Assembly (NCBI GenBank): GCA_947625855.1
Contig: CANQPW010000002.1
Coordinates: 3,472 to 67,471, forward strand
Source: an uncultured Clostridia bacterium
Lineage (GTDB): Bacteria > Bacillota > Clostridia > TANB77 > CAG-465
Direction of reading: 5' to 3'
DNA: 64,000 nucleotides
Under the pieces are notes generated by a model. It made no database searches, was not told where the DNA came from, and was given only the letters and a program-made list of their open reading frames with translations. This document shows, one piece after another, positions 24,527 to 35,083 of the stretch. Positions within the stretch are counted from its first letter, which is position 1. Each line of letters begins with the position of its first letter. A program made the position numbers and the translations under genes.

Positions 24527-25297
24527 CTATTCTTTTATATTAAAAAATCTCTTAGAATTTTCATAAACTATTTTTGCTACTTGTTCTACATCCATTTCTT
24601 TATATTCTGCAAGCTTATTACAGATTATAGGCAAATTTAAAGATGTATTTATTGTACCCCTATATGGTTCAGGTGGTAAATATGGTGAATCTGTTTCTAT
24701 AACTATTTGCTCAATTGGTATTTCTTTTACATATTCTGCAAATTTCTTTCCTCTTTTATATGTTATATTTCCACCAAATGCAACAGTATATCCATTTTCT
24801 TTTACTAGTCTTACTAAATCATCATTTGGATGAAAACAGTGAAATAAAGCTCCATATAATGGCTTATGTTCCTTTATAACATTATATGTATCTAAGTAAG
24901 CATCTCTTGAATGGATTATAATAGGTAGTTTTAATTTATTTGCAACCTCTATTTGATTTATAAACAAATCAATTTGCTCAGCTTTATTATCACTAACAAA
25001 AGCATAATCTAGACCTATCTCACCTATTGCTACAATTTTTCCATTAGCATTATCCTTGTATAAATTGTAAAGCTCATTATAATCAGCATTATTTACATCA
25101 TGTGGATGTATACCAATAGCAGAATATATAAAATCATATTTTTTTGCAAGCTCTATTGCATCTATTGAGCTTTTTATGTTATAGCCTACATCAATTATAT
25201 ATTCAATTCCATTTTCCTTACATTTTTTTAATATTTCTGATTGATTCTCTAAGAATGCCTCATCACTATAATGTGCATGTGTTTCAAAATATTTCAA
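24527..25297 (-). CDS. TatD-family metal-dependent hydrolase/DNase
   Basis: FETHAHY, GEIGLDY, IIHSRDA, ETDSPYL. Confidence 0.9.
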   Translation of the reverse strand: MKYFETHAHYSDEAFLENQSEILKKCKENGIEYIIDVGYNIKSSIDAIELAKKYDFIYSAIGIHPHDVNNADYNELYNLYKDNANGKIVAIGEIGLDYAFVSDNKAEQIDLFINQIEVANKLKLPIIIHSRDAYLDTYNVIKEHKPLYGALFHCFHPNDDLVRLVKENGYTVAFGGNITYKRGKKFAEYVKEIPIEQIVIETDSPYLPPEPYRGTINTSLNLPIICNKLAEYKEMDVEQVAKIVYENSKRFFNIKE

Positions 25298-25307
25298 TGT
25301 ATTCCTC

Positions 25308-26696
25308 CTATTTTACTGTCATTTTTGTAGGTAATGTGATAACGACCTCTGTTCCTTCATTTACCTGACTCTTAATATCAATAGTTCCATCCATTCCCTC
25401 AATTATTTCTTTTACAATTGAAAGACCAAGTCCAGTTCCACCCATTTTTCTTGATCTAGTCTTATCTACTCTGTAAAATCTTTCAAATATTCTATTTAAA
25501 TCTTGTTCTGGAATACCTATTCCATTATCAATAACTTTTATAAATATACTTTCATTTACAGAACCTACATATACTCTTATATTTCCACCATCCGGTGTAT
25601 ATTTAATACTATTACTTAAAATATTCATAATTACTTGTTCTACGGCATCTTTATCAGCATAAACGCTAGGAAGCTTGTCCGCACATATACACTCTAGTGT
25701 ATGATTTTTTTCTTCTGCTTCAAATTTCATTTTTTCGCATACTTTTAAAACTAAATCATTAATTGGGAATAACATTTTTTTCCAATTTACTTTTTTATAA
25801 TCAAACCTTGATAATTGCAATAAATCTGATACTAATCGTCCCATTCTATTAGCTTCTTGATTTATTACTTTTGAGAATTTAATTACTTCTTGATATGTTA
25901 AATCACCATTCATCATTGTTTCAGAATATCCTTTTATAGAAGTTAGTGGTGTTTTTAATTCATGAGATACATTTGCAACAAATTCTTTTCTCATATTATC
26001 AAGTTTTACATTTTCTGTTATATTTCTTATCATCATAATTACACCCATAGGTGTCAATTTATCACTAAAAAAAGGTGCAAATACTATATTTAAAACATTT
26101 TCTTCAACATTAGTTTTTACTTCAAAAGTTGTATAATTTGGTAAATACATTATTTTATCAAAATCTAAATCTATTTTTAATTTTTGAGATATTTTCTCAA
26201 AACTATCATCAGAAGAAGAAATATTTAATAACCTCATAGCTGCCTTATTCATATGCACTACCTGTTTTGATATTGAAAACGCAACTACACCATCTGCCAT
26301 ATGTTCTAGTATTATTTCTGTTTTACTTTGTTGACTATTTAAATCAAAATTATTCTTTTTTATTAAACGCATCATATCAGTATATGCATCTATTATATCA
26401 TTTAGTTCACTTAAATTAGTATATTCTTTTAAATGTTTTGTATCTGGAACTTTACCATCAGCAACAGTTCGCATTCCCTTTTCAATCTTTTTCAATGGAA
26501 AGGTTATAATTCTTGAAACTATAAAACTTAAAACATATGCTATTACAACTATAACAACTAAAAATATAATATTAGATAATGAAAAGATATTTTCATTATC
26601 TAATACTCCTTTAGACATAAGTATAGTAGCTATATATACTATAACTACCATACTTATACACAAAATACTTATACTTTTTTTAATAGAATTGTTCAT
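25308..26696 (-). CDS. Sensor histidine kinase (TM-HAMP-PAS-HisKA-HATPase; PhoR/WalK-like)
   Basis: H-box FVANVSHELKTPLTSIKGY, N-box NSIKYTP, G-boxes DNGIGIP and GGTGLGLSIVK. Confidence 0.9.
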   Translation of the reverse strand: MNNSIKKSISILCISMVVIVYIATILMSKGVLDNENIFSLSNIIFLVVIVVIAYVLSFIVSRIITFPLKKIEKGMRTVADGKVPDTKHLKEYTNLSELNDIIDAYTDMMRLIKKNNFDLNSQQSKTEIILEHMADGVVAFSISKQVVHMNKAAMRLLNISSSDDSFEKISQKLKIDLDFDKIMYLPNYTTFEVKTNVEENVLNIVFAPFFSDKLTPMGVIMMIRNITENVKLDNMRKEFVANVSHELKTPLTSIKGYSETMMNGDLTYQEVIKFSKVINQEANRMGRLVSDLLQLSRFDYKKVNWKKMLFPINDLVLKVCEKMKFEAEEKNHTLECICADKLPSVYADKDAVEQVIMNILSNSIKYTPDGGNIRVYVGSVNESIFIKVIDNGIGIPEQDLNRIFERFYRVDKTRSRKMGGTGLGLSIVKEIIEGMDGTIDIKSQVNEGTEVVITLPTKMTVK

Positions 26697-26713
26697 AATT
26701 CATTCCCCATAAT

Positions 26714-27415
26714 TTAATTTGAAACGTAATACCCCATTCCTCTTTTAGTTTGTACATATTGAGGTTCGGCAGAATTCTTTTCAATTTTTTCTCTTAATCT
26801 TCTAACAGTTACATCAACTGTTCTAGCGTCACCATAAAAATCATATCCCCATACGCCTCTTAAAATCTGCTCTCTTGTAAATACCTGATTTGGAGCTGTT
26901 GATAACATTTTCAATAATTCAAATTCTTTTATTGTAAGATCAATTGTTTTTCCTCCAACAATTGCTATATATCTTTCTGGATCTATTGTCATATCTTTTA
27001 TTTTTATTTTGTTTTTAGAAGAATCTTTTTCTTCATCATTTTCTGGAAGTACATGTTTTCTTAGATTAGCTTTTACTCTAGCTATTACCTCTCTAATACT
27101 AAAAGGTTTTGTCATATAATCATCGGCGCCAAGTTCTAATCCAATTATTTTGTCAACAACTTCTTCTTTTGCAGTAAGCATAATTATTGGACATACAAGA
27201 GTTTTTCTAAGCTCTTTACAAACATTAAAGCCATCAATTTTAGGCAACATTAAATCTAGTAATACTAAATCAGGATTAACAGAAGCTGCAATTTTTATCG
27301 CTTCTTCTCCATCATATGCTACTGCAGTAACAAAGCCTTCTTTCTCTAAATTAAACTTTAATATATCAACTATAGGCTTTTCATCATCAACGATTAAAAT
27401 CTTTTTATCATTCAT
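26714..27415 (-). CDS. OmpR-family response regulator
   Basis: KILIVDDEKPI..., LDLMLPKIDG, LTAK, GADDYMTKPFS, and a winged-helix C-terminus (RRLREKIE...VQTKRGMGY). Start placed at ATG 27415. Confidence 0.9.
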   Translation of the reverse strand: MNDKKILIVDDEKPIVDILKFNLEKEGFVTAVAYDGEEAIKIAASVNPDLVLLDLMLPKIDGFNVCKELRKTLVCPIIMLTAKEEVVDKIIGLELGADDYMTKPFSIREVIARVKANLRKHVLPENDEEKDSSKNKIKIKDMTIDPERYIAIVGGKTIDLTIKEFELLKMLSTAPNQVFTREQILRGVWGYDFYGDARTVDVTVRRLREKIEKNSAEPQYVQTKRGMGYYVSN

Positions 27416-27531
27416 ATACATACACCTCATAAACTTTATACTTAAAGCTAGCCATATTATATCATGTATAAAATTTTTTTGCCATATATTTTTTAAATAT
27501 TTTTAATTTTTTTGTAATTTTATTGTAACAA

Positions 27532-28323
27532 TCATGCAATTGAATTACTTATAATTTTACACCTCATATCTTCTTTTTTAAGCTCTAAAATATTAGTTGC
27601 TTTTTCAAAGAAATATTCATCTGGTTTGGTAATATTTATTTCAATATCCATATTGTTTTTAAAATTCATATCTTTAGCATGTGATATAACATTATTTACA
27701 ACACCTTTTGCACTATCTATTATTTCTATATAATTTGGTACATTGTTTTTAAATTCATTTTCAAATATTGGAAAATGAGTACAGCCAAGTACAATACTAC
27801 TATATTCTTTAAAATTGATTTTTTCTAAACTTTCTTTTATATAGTTATTTGCACTTAGATAGTCAATTTTATCCCCATGTTCTGCAAATTCAACTAATTT
27901 ATCCATAGGAAGCAACTCAAAGTTATTCTTTACGTCTAATGCATTCATCAAATTTTTAAGTTTTTCCTCTTTTAATGTAAGTGTAGTTGCAGTTACTAAT
28001 ATTTTTTTATTTGGATTTTTTACAATTGCAGGTTTTATAGCAGGCTCAGTACCAATAAAACAAATATTTGAATACATTTCTCTTAAATCATTTATACAAA
28101 TACTTGTTGCTGTGTTACAAGCAATAACAATTAATTTACACTCACAATCTATTAAATATTTTATACACTTAAAAACATACTCTTTAACTTCTTCTTTAGA
28201 TTTTACTCCATATGGTGCATGTCCATTATCTCCCAAATATACATAATTTGCTTTATAACTATTTATAGCTTCTTTAAATATAGTTAGTCCACCAAGTCCT
28301 GAATCAAAAAAACCGATTTTCAT
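27532..28323 (-). CDS. murI: Glutamate racemase
   Basis: IGFFDSGLGGLT, YLGDNGHAPYG, ACNTAT, GCTHFP. Confidence 0.9.
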   Translation of the reverse strand: MKIGFFDSGLGGLTIFKEAINSYKANYVYLGDNGHAPYGVKSKEEVKEYVFKCIKYLIDCECKLIVIACNTATSICINDLREMYSNICFIGTEPAIKPAIVKNPNKKILVTATTLTLKEEKLKNLMNALDVKNNFELLPMDKLVEFAEHGDKIDYLSANNYIKESLEKINFKEYSSIVLGCTHFPIFENEFKNNVPNYIEIIDSAKGVVNNVISHAKDMNFKNNMDIEINITKPDEYFFEKATNILELKKEDMRCKIISNSIA

Positions 28324-28454
28324 TTTATTTTCCTTTCCTTGTATAATTTAATTTTATTTTCTCATAATATTATTAAACTATGTTCATAGTTTTTATATAT
28401 TTATTATTATTTTTCTGTATATAGAAAAGGTGAAGATTAAGTCTTCACCATTTT

Positions 28455-29048
28455 TTACATTTCTCGTCTTCCTTCTAATGCTTTTATAAGAGTTATTTCA
28501 TCAGTATATTCTAAGTCGCCACCAACTGGTATACCATGTGCAATTCTAGTTACAGTTATACCTAGTGGCTTTATAAGTCTTGAAATATACATAGCTGTTG
28601 CCTCTCCCTCAACAGTAGGATTAGTTGCAAGTATAACCTCTTTAATTTTATCATCACTTAATCTTTGAAGCAACTCTTTTATTTTTATATCTCCTGCCGT
28701 AATATTGTTCATAGGAGATATTGAACCATGAAGTACATGATAATACCCTTTATATTCATGTGTTTTTTCCATAGCTAACACATCTTTTACGTTTTCAACG
28801 ACACAAATAACACTTTCATCTCGGTTACTATTAGAACATATATCACAAGGATCATTTTCTGTTATATTAAAACACTTTGAGCAAAATTTTACTTTCTCTT
28901 TTGCCATAACCAAAGCATTAGCCATATCTTCAGCTACTTCTTTTGGAGCTTCTAAAATATAAAATGCAAGTCTAACAGCAGTTTTGTGTCCAATCCCAGG
29001 TAATCTTTCAAATTGATTTATAAGCTTTTGTACTGTTTCTGAATACAT
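28455..29048 (-). CDS. recR: Recombination protein RecR
   Basis: [16 protein letters not shown]4 zinc finger CSKCFN...CDIC, Toprim region. Synteny dnaX-ybaB-recR. Confidence 0.95.
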   Translation of the reverse strand: MYSETVQKLINQFERLPGIGHKTAVRLAFYILEAPKEVAEDMANALVMAKEKVKFCSKCFNITENDPCDICSNSNRDESVICVVENVKDVLAMEKTHEYKGYYHVLHGSISPMNNITAGDIKIKELLQRLSDDKIKEVILATNPTVEGEATAMYISRLIKPLGITVTRIAHGIPVGGDLEYTDEITLIKALEGRREM

Positions 29049-29050
29049 AA

Positions 29051-29383
29051 TTAAAACATCCCTGGAATATTAAATTGTCCCATTTCAGATTGCATCATTG
29101 CATCAGCTTTATTTAAAGCTTCATTTACAGCTGTAAGAATAAGATCTTGTAGCATTTCAACATCTTCTGGGTCTACAACTTCTGGTTTTATTATTATTTC
29201 TTTTATAACTTTATCACCTGTCGCTTTTATAGTAACTGCTCCACCACCTGCAGATGTTTCAATTTCCTTTGCTGCAACTGCCTCTTGCTTTTCTTGCATT
29301 TCTTTTTGCATTTTTTGAGCTTGCTTTAAAATATTTTGCATATTGCCCATTCCACCGCCTGGAAAGCCTCCAAATTTACTCAT
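29051..29383 (-). CDS. Nucleoid-associated protein YbaB/EbfC
   Basis: [17 protein letters not shown]...[12 protein letters not shown]...DPED.EMLQDLI..A.N.A. Synteny. Confidence 0.9.
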   Translation of the reverse strand: MSKFGGFPGGGMGNMQNILKQAQKMQKEMQEKQEAVAAKEIETSAGGGAVTIKATGDKVIKEIIIKPEVVDPEDVEMLQDLILTAVNEALNKADAMMQSEMGQFNIPGMF

Positions 29384-29452
29384 TATAATCATCCTTTCTT
29401 AACATAGATATTTTACCATATGCATATTACTATTTCAATAAATATGTATTAT

Positions 29453-30964
29453 TTAATCTAAATCAGTATAACTAATATTATTTTCATTTAATATTTCTTC
29501 TAATTTAGATTTCCTATCTTCATTTTTTTCTTGTAATTTTACAATAACATTACCATTTAAGTTAAACTCATCACTTAATACACTTTGTAATGTAGAAATA
29601 CTATCTTCTAATTTTAAAATATTATATGCAAATTCATTTGTTGTAATAACAATAACTTTACTATCATTTGCATACATACTTGCCTTTGCAAGTGCAGAAA
29701 ACAATTTTATTTTTCCCTTTTCAAGAACCGACTTTTTTATATCCTCAACATTTTTTATCTCTTTTACAGGTAAATCTTCATTTACTGTATTTTCTGGTAA
29801 TTTTTCTTCTAGCACTATATTTGATACTTTTTTATTAACAACACTTTTATTATTTAATTCTTTTTTTAAATTAGTTATTTCATTTTCTAAAGCATTTATT
29901 TTTGAAAAAACTTCACTTAAATCAACATTTTGATTACTGCTATTTTCATTTAATCTACATAGCTCAATAATTGTAGACTTAAATATAATAGAAGGATTTG
30001 AAGTTAGTCTCAAATAATTATCTAATTTTGAAAATCTATCAATAATATATATTATTCTTTCCTTATTTGCATCTTTATCATTTATTAATAACTCTAAAAA
30101 TTCTTCTAATATTTGAGTACAAAGTTGCCTTAAATCTCTACCTTTTACAATGATGTTATCCACATTATTCACAGCAGATACTGCATCATATTTTAGAATA
30201 TCATTTACAATTTCTTTAACAATTTGTTTATCAACAGCACCAACAATTCGTAAGACATCATCATATTTTAAAACATCTTTACTTTCAGATATACATCTTT
30301 CTAATATGCTTAATGCATCTCTTACTGCTCCATCAGCAATTTTTGCAATATATTTACAAGCTTCTTCTTCATACTTTATTCCTTCAGATTCCAAAACATA
30401 TTTTATTCTACTACATAAGTTTTCTTCAGACAACCTATTAAATTCGAATTTCAAACATCTTGATAAAATTGTAATCGGTATCTTATGCTGCTCAGTAGTT
30501 GCTAGTATAAATACTACATTTTCTGGAGGTTCTTCTAAAGTTTTAAGTAATGCATTAAAAGCACTTGTTGTAAGCATATGGACCTCATCTATTATATACA
30601 CTCTATACTTTACATCAACAGTTGCATATACAACTTCCTGCCTTATTTGACGTATATTTTCAACACTATTATTTGAAGCTGCATCCATTTCTACGACATC
30701 AGTTGTATTTCCCTCAAGTATGTTCCTACAAACCTCGCATTCATTGCATGGTTCACCATCTTTTGGATTTAGGCAATTTATTGCTCTAGCAAATACTTTA
30801 GCAGCACTTGTTTTTCCTGTACCTCTTGTTCCACTAAATAAATATGCATGAGAAATCTTACCTGTTTTTATCTGATTTTTTAATATTTTTGTTACGTTTT
30901 CTTGACCAATTATATCATCAAAAGTATTAGGTCTATATTTTCTATATAAAGCTATATATGACAT
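29453..30964 (-). CDS. dnaX: DNA polymerase III subunit gamma/tau
   Basis: ALYRKYRPNTFDDIIGQ, GTRGTGKTS, Zn module CLNPKDGEPCNECEVC, IIDEVHMLT. Start placed at ATG 30964 (GAGGTG RBS). The upstream 105 nt of the track ORF is the SRP RNA. Confidence 0.95.
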   Translation of the reverse strand: MSYIALYRKYRPNTFDDIIGQENVTKILKNQIKTGKISHAYLFSGTRGTGKTSAAKVFARAINCLNPKDGEPCNECEVCRNILEGNTTDVVEMDAASNNSVENIRQIRQEVVYATVDVKYRVYIIDEVHMLTTSAFNALLKTLEEPPENVVFILATTEQHKIPITILSRCLKFEFNRLSEENLCSRIKYVLESEGIKYEEEACKYIAKIADGAVRDALSILERCISESKDVLKYDDVLRIVGAVDKQIVKEIVNDILKYDAVSAVNNVDNIIVKGRDLRQLCTQILEEFLELLINDKDANKERIIYIIDRFSKLDNYLRLTSNPSIIFKSTIIELCRLNENSSNQNVDLSEVFSKINALENEITNLKKELNNKSVVNKKVSNIVLEEKLPENTVNEDLPVKEIKNVEDIKKSVLEKGKIKLFSALAKASMYANDSKVIVITTNEFAYNILKLEDSISTLQSVLSDEFNLNGNVIVKLQEKNEDRKSKLEEILNENNISYTDLD

Positions 30965-30975
30965 AGTTATCACCT

Positions 30976-31062
30976 CAAAAAAACCAAGCACATAGAGTAT
31001 AATGCTTATTGCTGCTTCCTTCCGGATCTGACAAGGTTCACACCTCTCTATTGCTTGGCATA
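30976..31062 (-). ncRNA. ffs: Signal recognition particle RNA, short 4.5S-type hairpin
   Basis: The minus strand contains GUCAGAUCCGGAAGGAAGCAGC (SRP domain IV). The ends GCCAAGCA..UAGAG pair with CUCUA..UGCUUGG. T7 run at the 3' end. Promoter TTGAAT-17-TATAAT immediately upstream. Classic position before dnaX. Confidence 0.85.
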
Positions 31063-31105
31063 TGTACATTATACATTATTAATTTAATAAATTCAAGATA
31101 TTTTC

Positions 31106-31795
31106 CTATTTTAATTTAAAAACATATTTTGATATATCCTGTCTTAAAATACTAATTCCATTATTTAATAATTCTTCTGATGGAAATCTAAAATTAAATT
31201 TACAAGTACAAATTTTACCAGTCACATCTACAATATTTAAATTTCCTTCAATACTCATTTCAATTTCTTCAGTTTTTATATCTATATCTTTAAAAAACGT
31301 ACCATCAAATGTTATTTTGTTTGTATTTGAAGGGGCTTTTACGTCTTTTATAAATTCTTTATTATCTATATTAAATTCAACAAAATATTGCTCATCTTTT
31401 ATTATTGGTTTTATTTCAATAACTTCCTGTGGTACAGATAAATCATAAGTTTCTTCTGAGTCGGTTTGATATAAAATTAAGCTTCCGCATCTTACAGGTC
31501 CATTAAATTTAATGTTATCTATATATATCCTATCTGCATCAATATTTTTTGCTATTAAAAAAGTAATTTTATTATTCTGACTTAAGTTAAATAATAAATC
31601 AGATATATTTTGAGCATTTTTATTTTCTTCATTTTCTCCAATTGTTGCATATGAATTTATTACCAAATCATTTACTCTAAAACTACCTTGATTTACTTCA
31701 TCTGATATATCTAATAAATTCATTGCAATAAATATAGTTATGACAATTGATATTGTTAATACAAAAAGTAATAATCCAAAATTTTTCTTGTCCAT
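31106..31795 (-). CDS. Membrane-anchored hypothetical protein
   Basis: N-terminal TM (FGLLLFVLTISIVITIFIAM). No recognised domain. Confidence 0.6.
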   Translation of the reverse strand: MDKKNFGLLLFVLTISIVITIFIAMNLLDISDEVNQGSFRVNDLVINSYATIGENEENKNAQNISDLLFNLSQNNKITFLIAKNIDADRIYIDNIKFNGPVRCGSLILYQTDSEETYDLSVPQEVIEIKPIIKDEQYFVEFNIDNKEFIKDVKAPSNTNKITFDGTFFKDIDIKTEEIEMSIEGNLNIVDVTGKICTCKFNFRFPSEELLNNGISILRQDISKYVFKLK

Positions 31796-31891
31796 ACATC
31801 CTCCCCATATTCTTAAATATATTGCTATTATACTACAATACTCATAAAATTACAACCTAAAAAATATACATTTATATAGGAGGGATTACAT

Positions 31892-32056
31892 ATGAGTGAT
31901 ATATTTTCAGGAATAAATAATTGTAATTTTGATAACCTAGATATTAATAAATTACTTGTAATTCTTCTCCTTCTTACAGATAAATTAAATATAGAAGCTA
32001 TACACGTTTATAAGAACAATTTTGTTGTATCCCTTGGTACCTTCACAGAAGATTAA
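31892..32056 (+). CDS. Small hypothetical protein (54 aa)
   Basis: ATG 31892 lies 7 nt after AGGAGGGA. Below the track cutoff. MSDIFSGINNCNFDNLDINKLLVILLLLTDKLN... Confidence 0.35.
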   Translation: MSDIFSGINNCNFDNLDINKLLVILLLLTDKLNIEAIHVYKNNFVVSLGTFTED

Positions 32057-32091
32057 AAAAGAAACCTTCAAAAAGAAGATTTCTAAATATT

Positions 32092-34146
32092 TTAATGTGC
32101 ACTTTTTCCAAATAGCTCATCAAACTTTTTTTCTAACTCTGCTTGCAAATCAACATCTGACATACTTGCCTGTTTAGCCGTACCAGAACTTGCTGTGTTT
32201 GTTGATGATGTGCTACTTGTTGTAGTATTATTATTCTGTGATGTTCTAATTATTGGTCCTGTAACACTTTCATTTGTTGTATTATTATTACTATTAAATG
32301 TAAGTGTATCAACTTCAGGTGTTGACATATCAATATCTACATCTACACTTCTTTGTCTCATATTTTCTGATATTCTTCTACTTCTTTCTGCAAGATGCTT
32401 TTGAACATCTAAAATTTTAATTGGAAGTACTTCTGTTTTAGGCATTTCTGTTATATCATGTATTTCATATTTTTTAATATTTTCTCTTTCTGGATGATAT
32501 TTATAATACCATGCTTTTTTAGCTCTAATAGGTCTTAAACCTCTAACAAGAATTATCTCCTCATTTGGATCTAAACGTTTTAATTCATCAACAGTCATAA
32601 GATCCCTACCTTGACGTTGTTCAGATATAGATACACCTTGTTTAGTTTTCCCATCTTTATCTTTACTTATTGATTTACTTTGTGTCTTTATAGTTTTTTG
32701 ACCCAAGCTTTTTGAAAAATATTCACAAGTCTTTATAGACTGACTTCCTAAAAATAGTTGTGTATCACAGTTACCAACAATAGTTTCAAAATTATCTTTA
32801 TATAAAGATTCTAACTGATCTAATGCTTGTATAATTATAGAAATACTAATACCCATACTTCTTGTTACACTAAGTTTTCTTTCAAAATCAGGTATCTGAC
32901 CAATATTTGCAAACTCATCAAGTAAGAAATATACTTGATTATTTAATGTTCCACCATTTCTATCAGCTTGTAAAAATAATTTTTGAAGCATTTGTGAGAA
33001 AAACATTGTAGATACGAAATCATATGTACTATCAGATGTTGAAGTTATAACATAAATTGCCATTTTTTTCTTTCCTAATGCATCAAAATTAATATTATTT
33101 GATGTTGTAATTCTTTGCATTGCTGGTGTATCAAATGTGCTAATTTTTGAAATAGTAGATATGATTATACTTTGCATTGTTTTATCTGCAGAAGTAGCAA
33201 AGTTTTCATATTCTTTTCTACCAGGATGTTCAGGTTTTAATCCTTCTAAAAATAATTTTTTAAATACTTCACCATCTGCACCACCTGCACGAATTATATT
33301 AAGACAACTTGATATATTTCTTTCTTCTGGAGGCAATACAGAAATAACATAATAAATACAAGCTTTTATTAACATTTTAGCAGTATCATCCCAGAATGTA
33401 TCACCACCTGTTGGAGCATTCTTTTTAGCACCAACAACTAATGTCTCAGCTAATACATCAACGCTAGTATTATCTACTATATGCTCTAGTGGATTATATC
33501 TATCACTATATTGTGGATTTACAAGATTAAATGCTTTTACTTCATATCCTCTTGACTTTAAAAATCCTGATGTTTCCCTGTATAATTCACCCTTTGGATC
33601 AGTTATTACATATGAACCTAAAGTTTGTAAAATATTTGGTTTTACATAACAAGCAGATTTACCAGTACCAGAACCACCTATTACAAGTATATTTTTATTT
33701 ATTAATACCTTTTTTAAATCAGTTCCTAAATAATGATCTTTACTTAAAATAAATCCACTTTTTTTATTCAATACTTCTTTTCCATCAGATAACTTTTTGA
33801 ATTCTTCACCATTTTTACTCCAATCACTAGACCCACTTTCTACTCCTTCATAATCATCACTCTCTTTTTTATTTAATTTATATGCTATATAAATACCAAA
33901 TAAAATTACAAGTGTCCATAACGATGCTTTTAAAAAGAATCCAAAATCTGAAAATATCCCACCAAAAAAGCTAAAGCTTGTTAAAGCAGGTATAAAATCT
34001 TCAACGATTGCAGAAATTATATTATCATCTTCTGTCATATTACTTACGACATACGTCAAAGCGCCTATGAATACTATATCAAATATTACATAGACGACTA
34101 ACAAAATCTTTATATCTTTTTTTAAACTTTCTATCAAGTTATTCAT
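32092..34146 (-). CDS. Type IV coupling protein (VirD4/TraG/TraD family ATPase) with an N/T/S-rich C-terminal tail
   Basis: Two N-terminal TM helices, Walker A VIGGSGTGKSA, ITDPKGELY, NPL, Walker B YFLLDEFANIG, IIQALDQL. Start placed at ATG 34146 behind GAGGAAAG. Confidence 0.85.
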   Translation of the reverse strand: MNNLIESLKKDIKILLVVYVIFDIVFIGALTYVVSNMTEDDNIISAIVEDFIPALTSFSFFGGIFSDFGFFLKASLWTLVILFGIYIAYKLNKKESDDYEGVESGSSDWSKNGEEFKKLSDGKEVLNKKSGFILSKDHYLGTDLKKVLINKNILVIGGSGTGKSACYVKPNILQTLGSYVITDPKGELYRETSGFLKSRGYEVKAFNLVNPQYSDRYNPLEHIVDNTSVDVLAETLVVGAKKNAPTGGDTFWDDTAKMLIKACIYYVISVLPPEERNISSCLNIIRAGGADGEVFKKLFLEGLKPEHPGRKEYENFATSADKTMQSIIISTISKISTFDTPAMQRITTSNNINFDALGKKKMAIYVITSTSDSTYDFVSTMFFSQMLQKLFLQADRNGGTLNNQVYFLLDEFANIGQIPDFERKLSVTRSMGISISIIIQALDQLESLYKDNFETIVGNCDTQLFLGSQSIKTCEYFSKSLGQKTIKTQSKSISKDKDGKTKQGVSISEQRQGRDLMTVDELKRLDPNEEIILVRGLRPIRAKKAWYYKYHPERENIKKYEIHDITEMPKTEVLPIKILDVQKHLAERSRRISENMRQRSVDVDIDMSTPEVDTLTFNSNNNTTNESVTGPIIRTSQNNNTTTSSTSSTNTASSGTAKQASMSDVDLQAELEKKFDELFGKSAH

Positions 34147-34188
34147 ATACTTTCCTCGCATTCTAAAATATTATAAAAATATAATATT

Positions 34189-34404
34189 CTACCATTCAAT
34201 TGGTTCATCTTCACCAGGAATTTTCGTTTTTTCTTCGTTTGTCACATTATCTTTTAATTTATCATCTTGTTTCTTTTCAGAAATTTCTTTATTTATTACA
34301 TAGGATCCTACTAATATTTCTTTCCCATTAATATCTGGATTTTCTTTTGATAAAGATTCACCTAAACAAACGCCACCACATACTTTTATAGTTATACTAC
34401 TCAT
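34189..34404 (-). CDS. Small hypothetical protein (71 aa, acidic C-terminus ...EDEPIEW)
   Basis: ATG 34404 behind GGGAGGA. Sits directly upstream of the T4CP gene. Confidence 0.45.
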   Translation of the reverse strand: MSSITIKVCGGVCLGESLSKENPDINGKEILVGSYVINKEISEKKQDDKLKDNVTNEEKTKIPGEDEPIEW

Positions 34405-34471
34405 AATAAATCCTCCCAAATATTGTATCACTATTACTTCTAATCAACATATATACAATGTTTAAAAAAAA

Positions 34472-34999
34472 TTAATCAACAACCTCATATTTTAATTCAA
34501 GCACTATATAAGGTTTTTGTGGTAATAATTTGCATCTACCCTTTATCTCTCCACTAACCTCATCCCTATATAAAACAGGGCGCACTTCTTCACCAGTTTG
34601 TGTATCTATAATTGAAAAATGTCGTTTCATATTTGGTGTATATTCAACTTCTTTGTACTCGACACCTTCTTGATTATATATTGAGCCATATTGTAATGGC
34701 ACATTTGTCTCAGTTGGGCTAAAGCCTTGATCTGATAACTCTCCTGTACTAAGTATTGCTTTTGAATTTGTAAGAGTGAGTAACACAATTAATTGTTTTT
34801 CTTCATTACCCTTAATTACATTAAATACTTTCTTTACTTTTCCTTCTTCTTCAACATCAAGACAATCTATTTTTTGTAAGCAAAGTAAAGCATTACCTTT
34901 TTTGTACTCCTCTTCATTTTTCTCAACCAAGAATGCAATTGTATTCATTCCTGGTAAATCAATAATTTCAAATTTATTCATTTGCATTAAAGGTTCCAT
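34472..34999 (-). CDS. Hypothetical protein (175 aa)
   Basis: ORF co-directional with the T4CP gene. No recognised family. Confidence 0.55.
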   Translation of the reverse strand: MEPLMQMNKFEIIDLPGMNTIAFLVEKNEEEYKKGNALLCLQKIDCLDVEEEGKVKKVFNVIKGNEEKQLIVLLTLTNSKAILSTGELSDQGFSPTETNVPLQYGSIYNQEGVEYKEVEYTPNMKRHFSIIDTQTGEEVRPVLYRDEVSGEIKGRCKLLPQKPYIVLELKYEVVD

Positions 35000-35083
35000 A
35001 AAATTACCTCTTTCTCAGATGTTCCATCTGGCCTATATCTATTATACAACTTTTTAAATCAATTTTCAATATATAACTTATAA

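Noticed and set aside
27150-27506. 118-aa plus-strand ORF
   Set aside because: It is an antisense shadow of the response-regulator gene.
30150-30650. 166-aa plus-strand ORF
   Set aside because: It is an antisense shadow inside dnaX.
30965-31069. N-terminal 35-codon extension of the dnaX track ORF (MYICQAIERCEPCQIRKEAA...)
   Set aside because: This segment is the SRP RNA (GUCAGAUCCGGAAGGAAGCAGC). dnaX starts at the conserved MSYIALYRKYRP behind a GAGGTG RBS.
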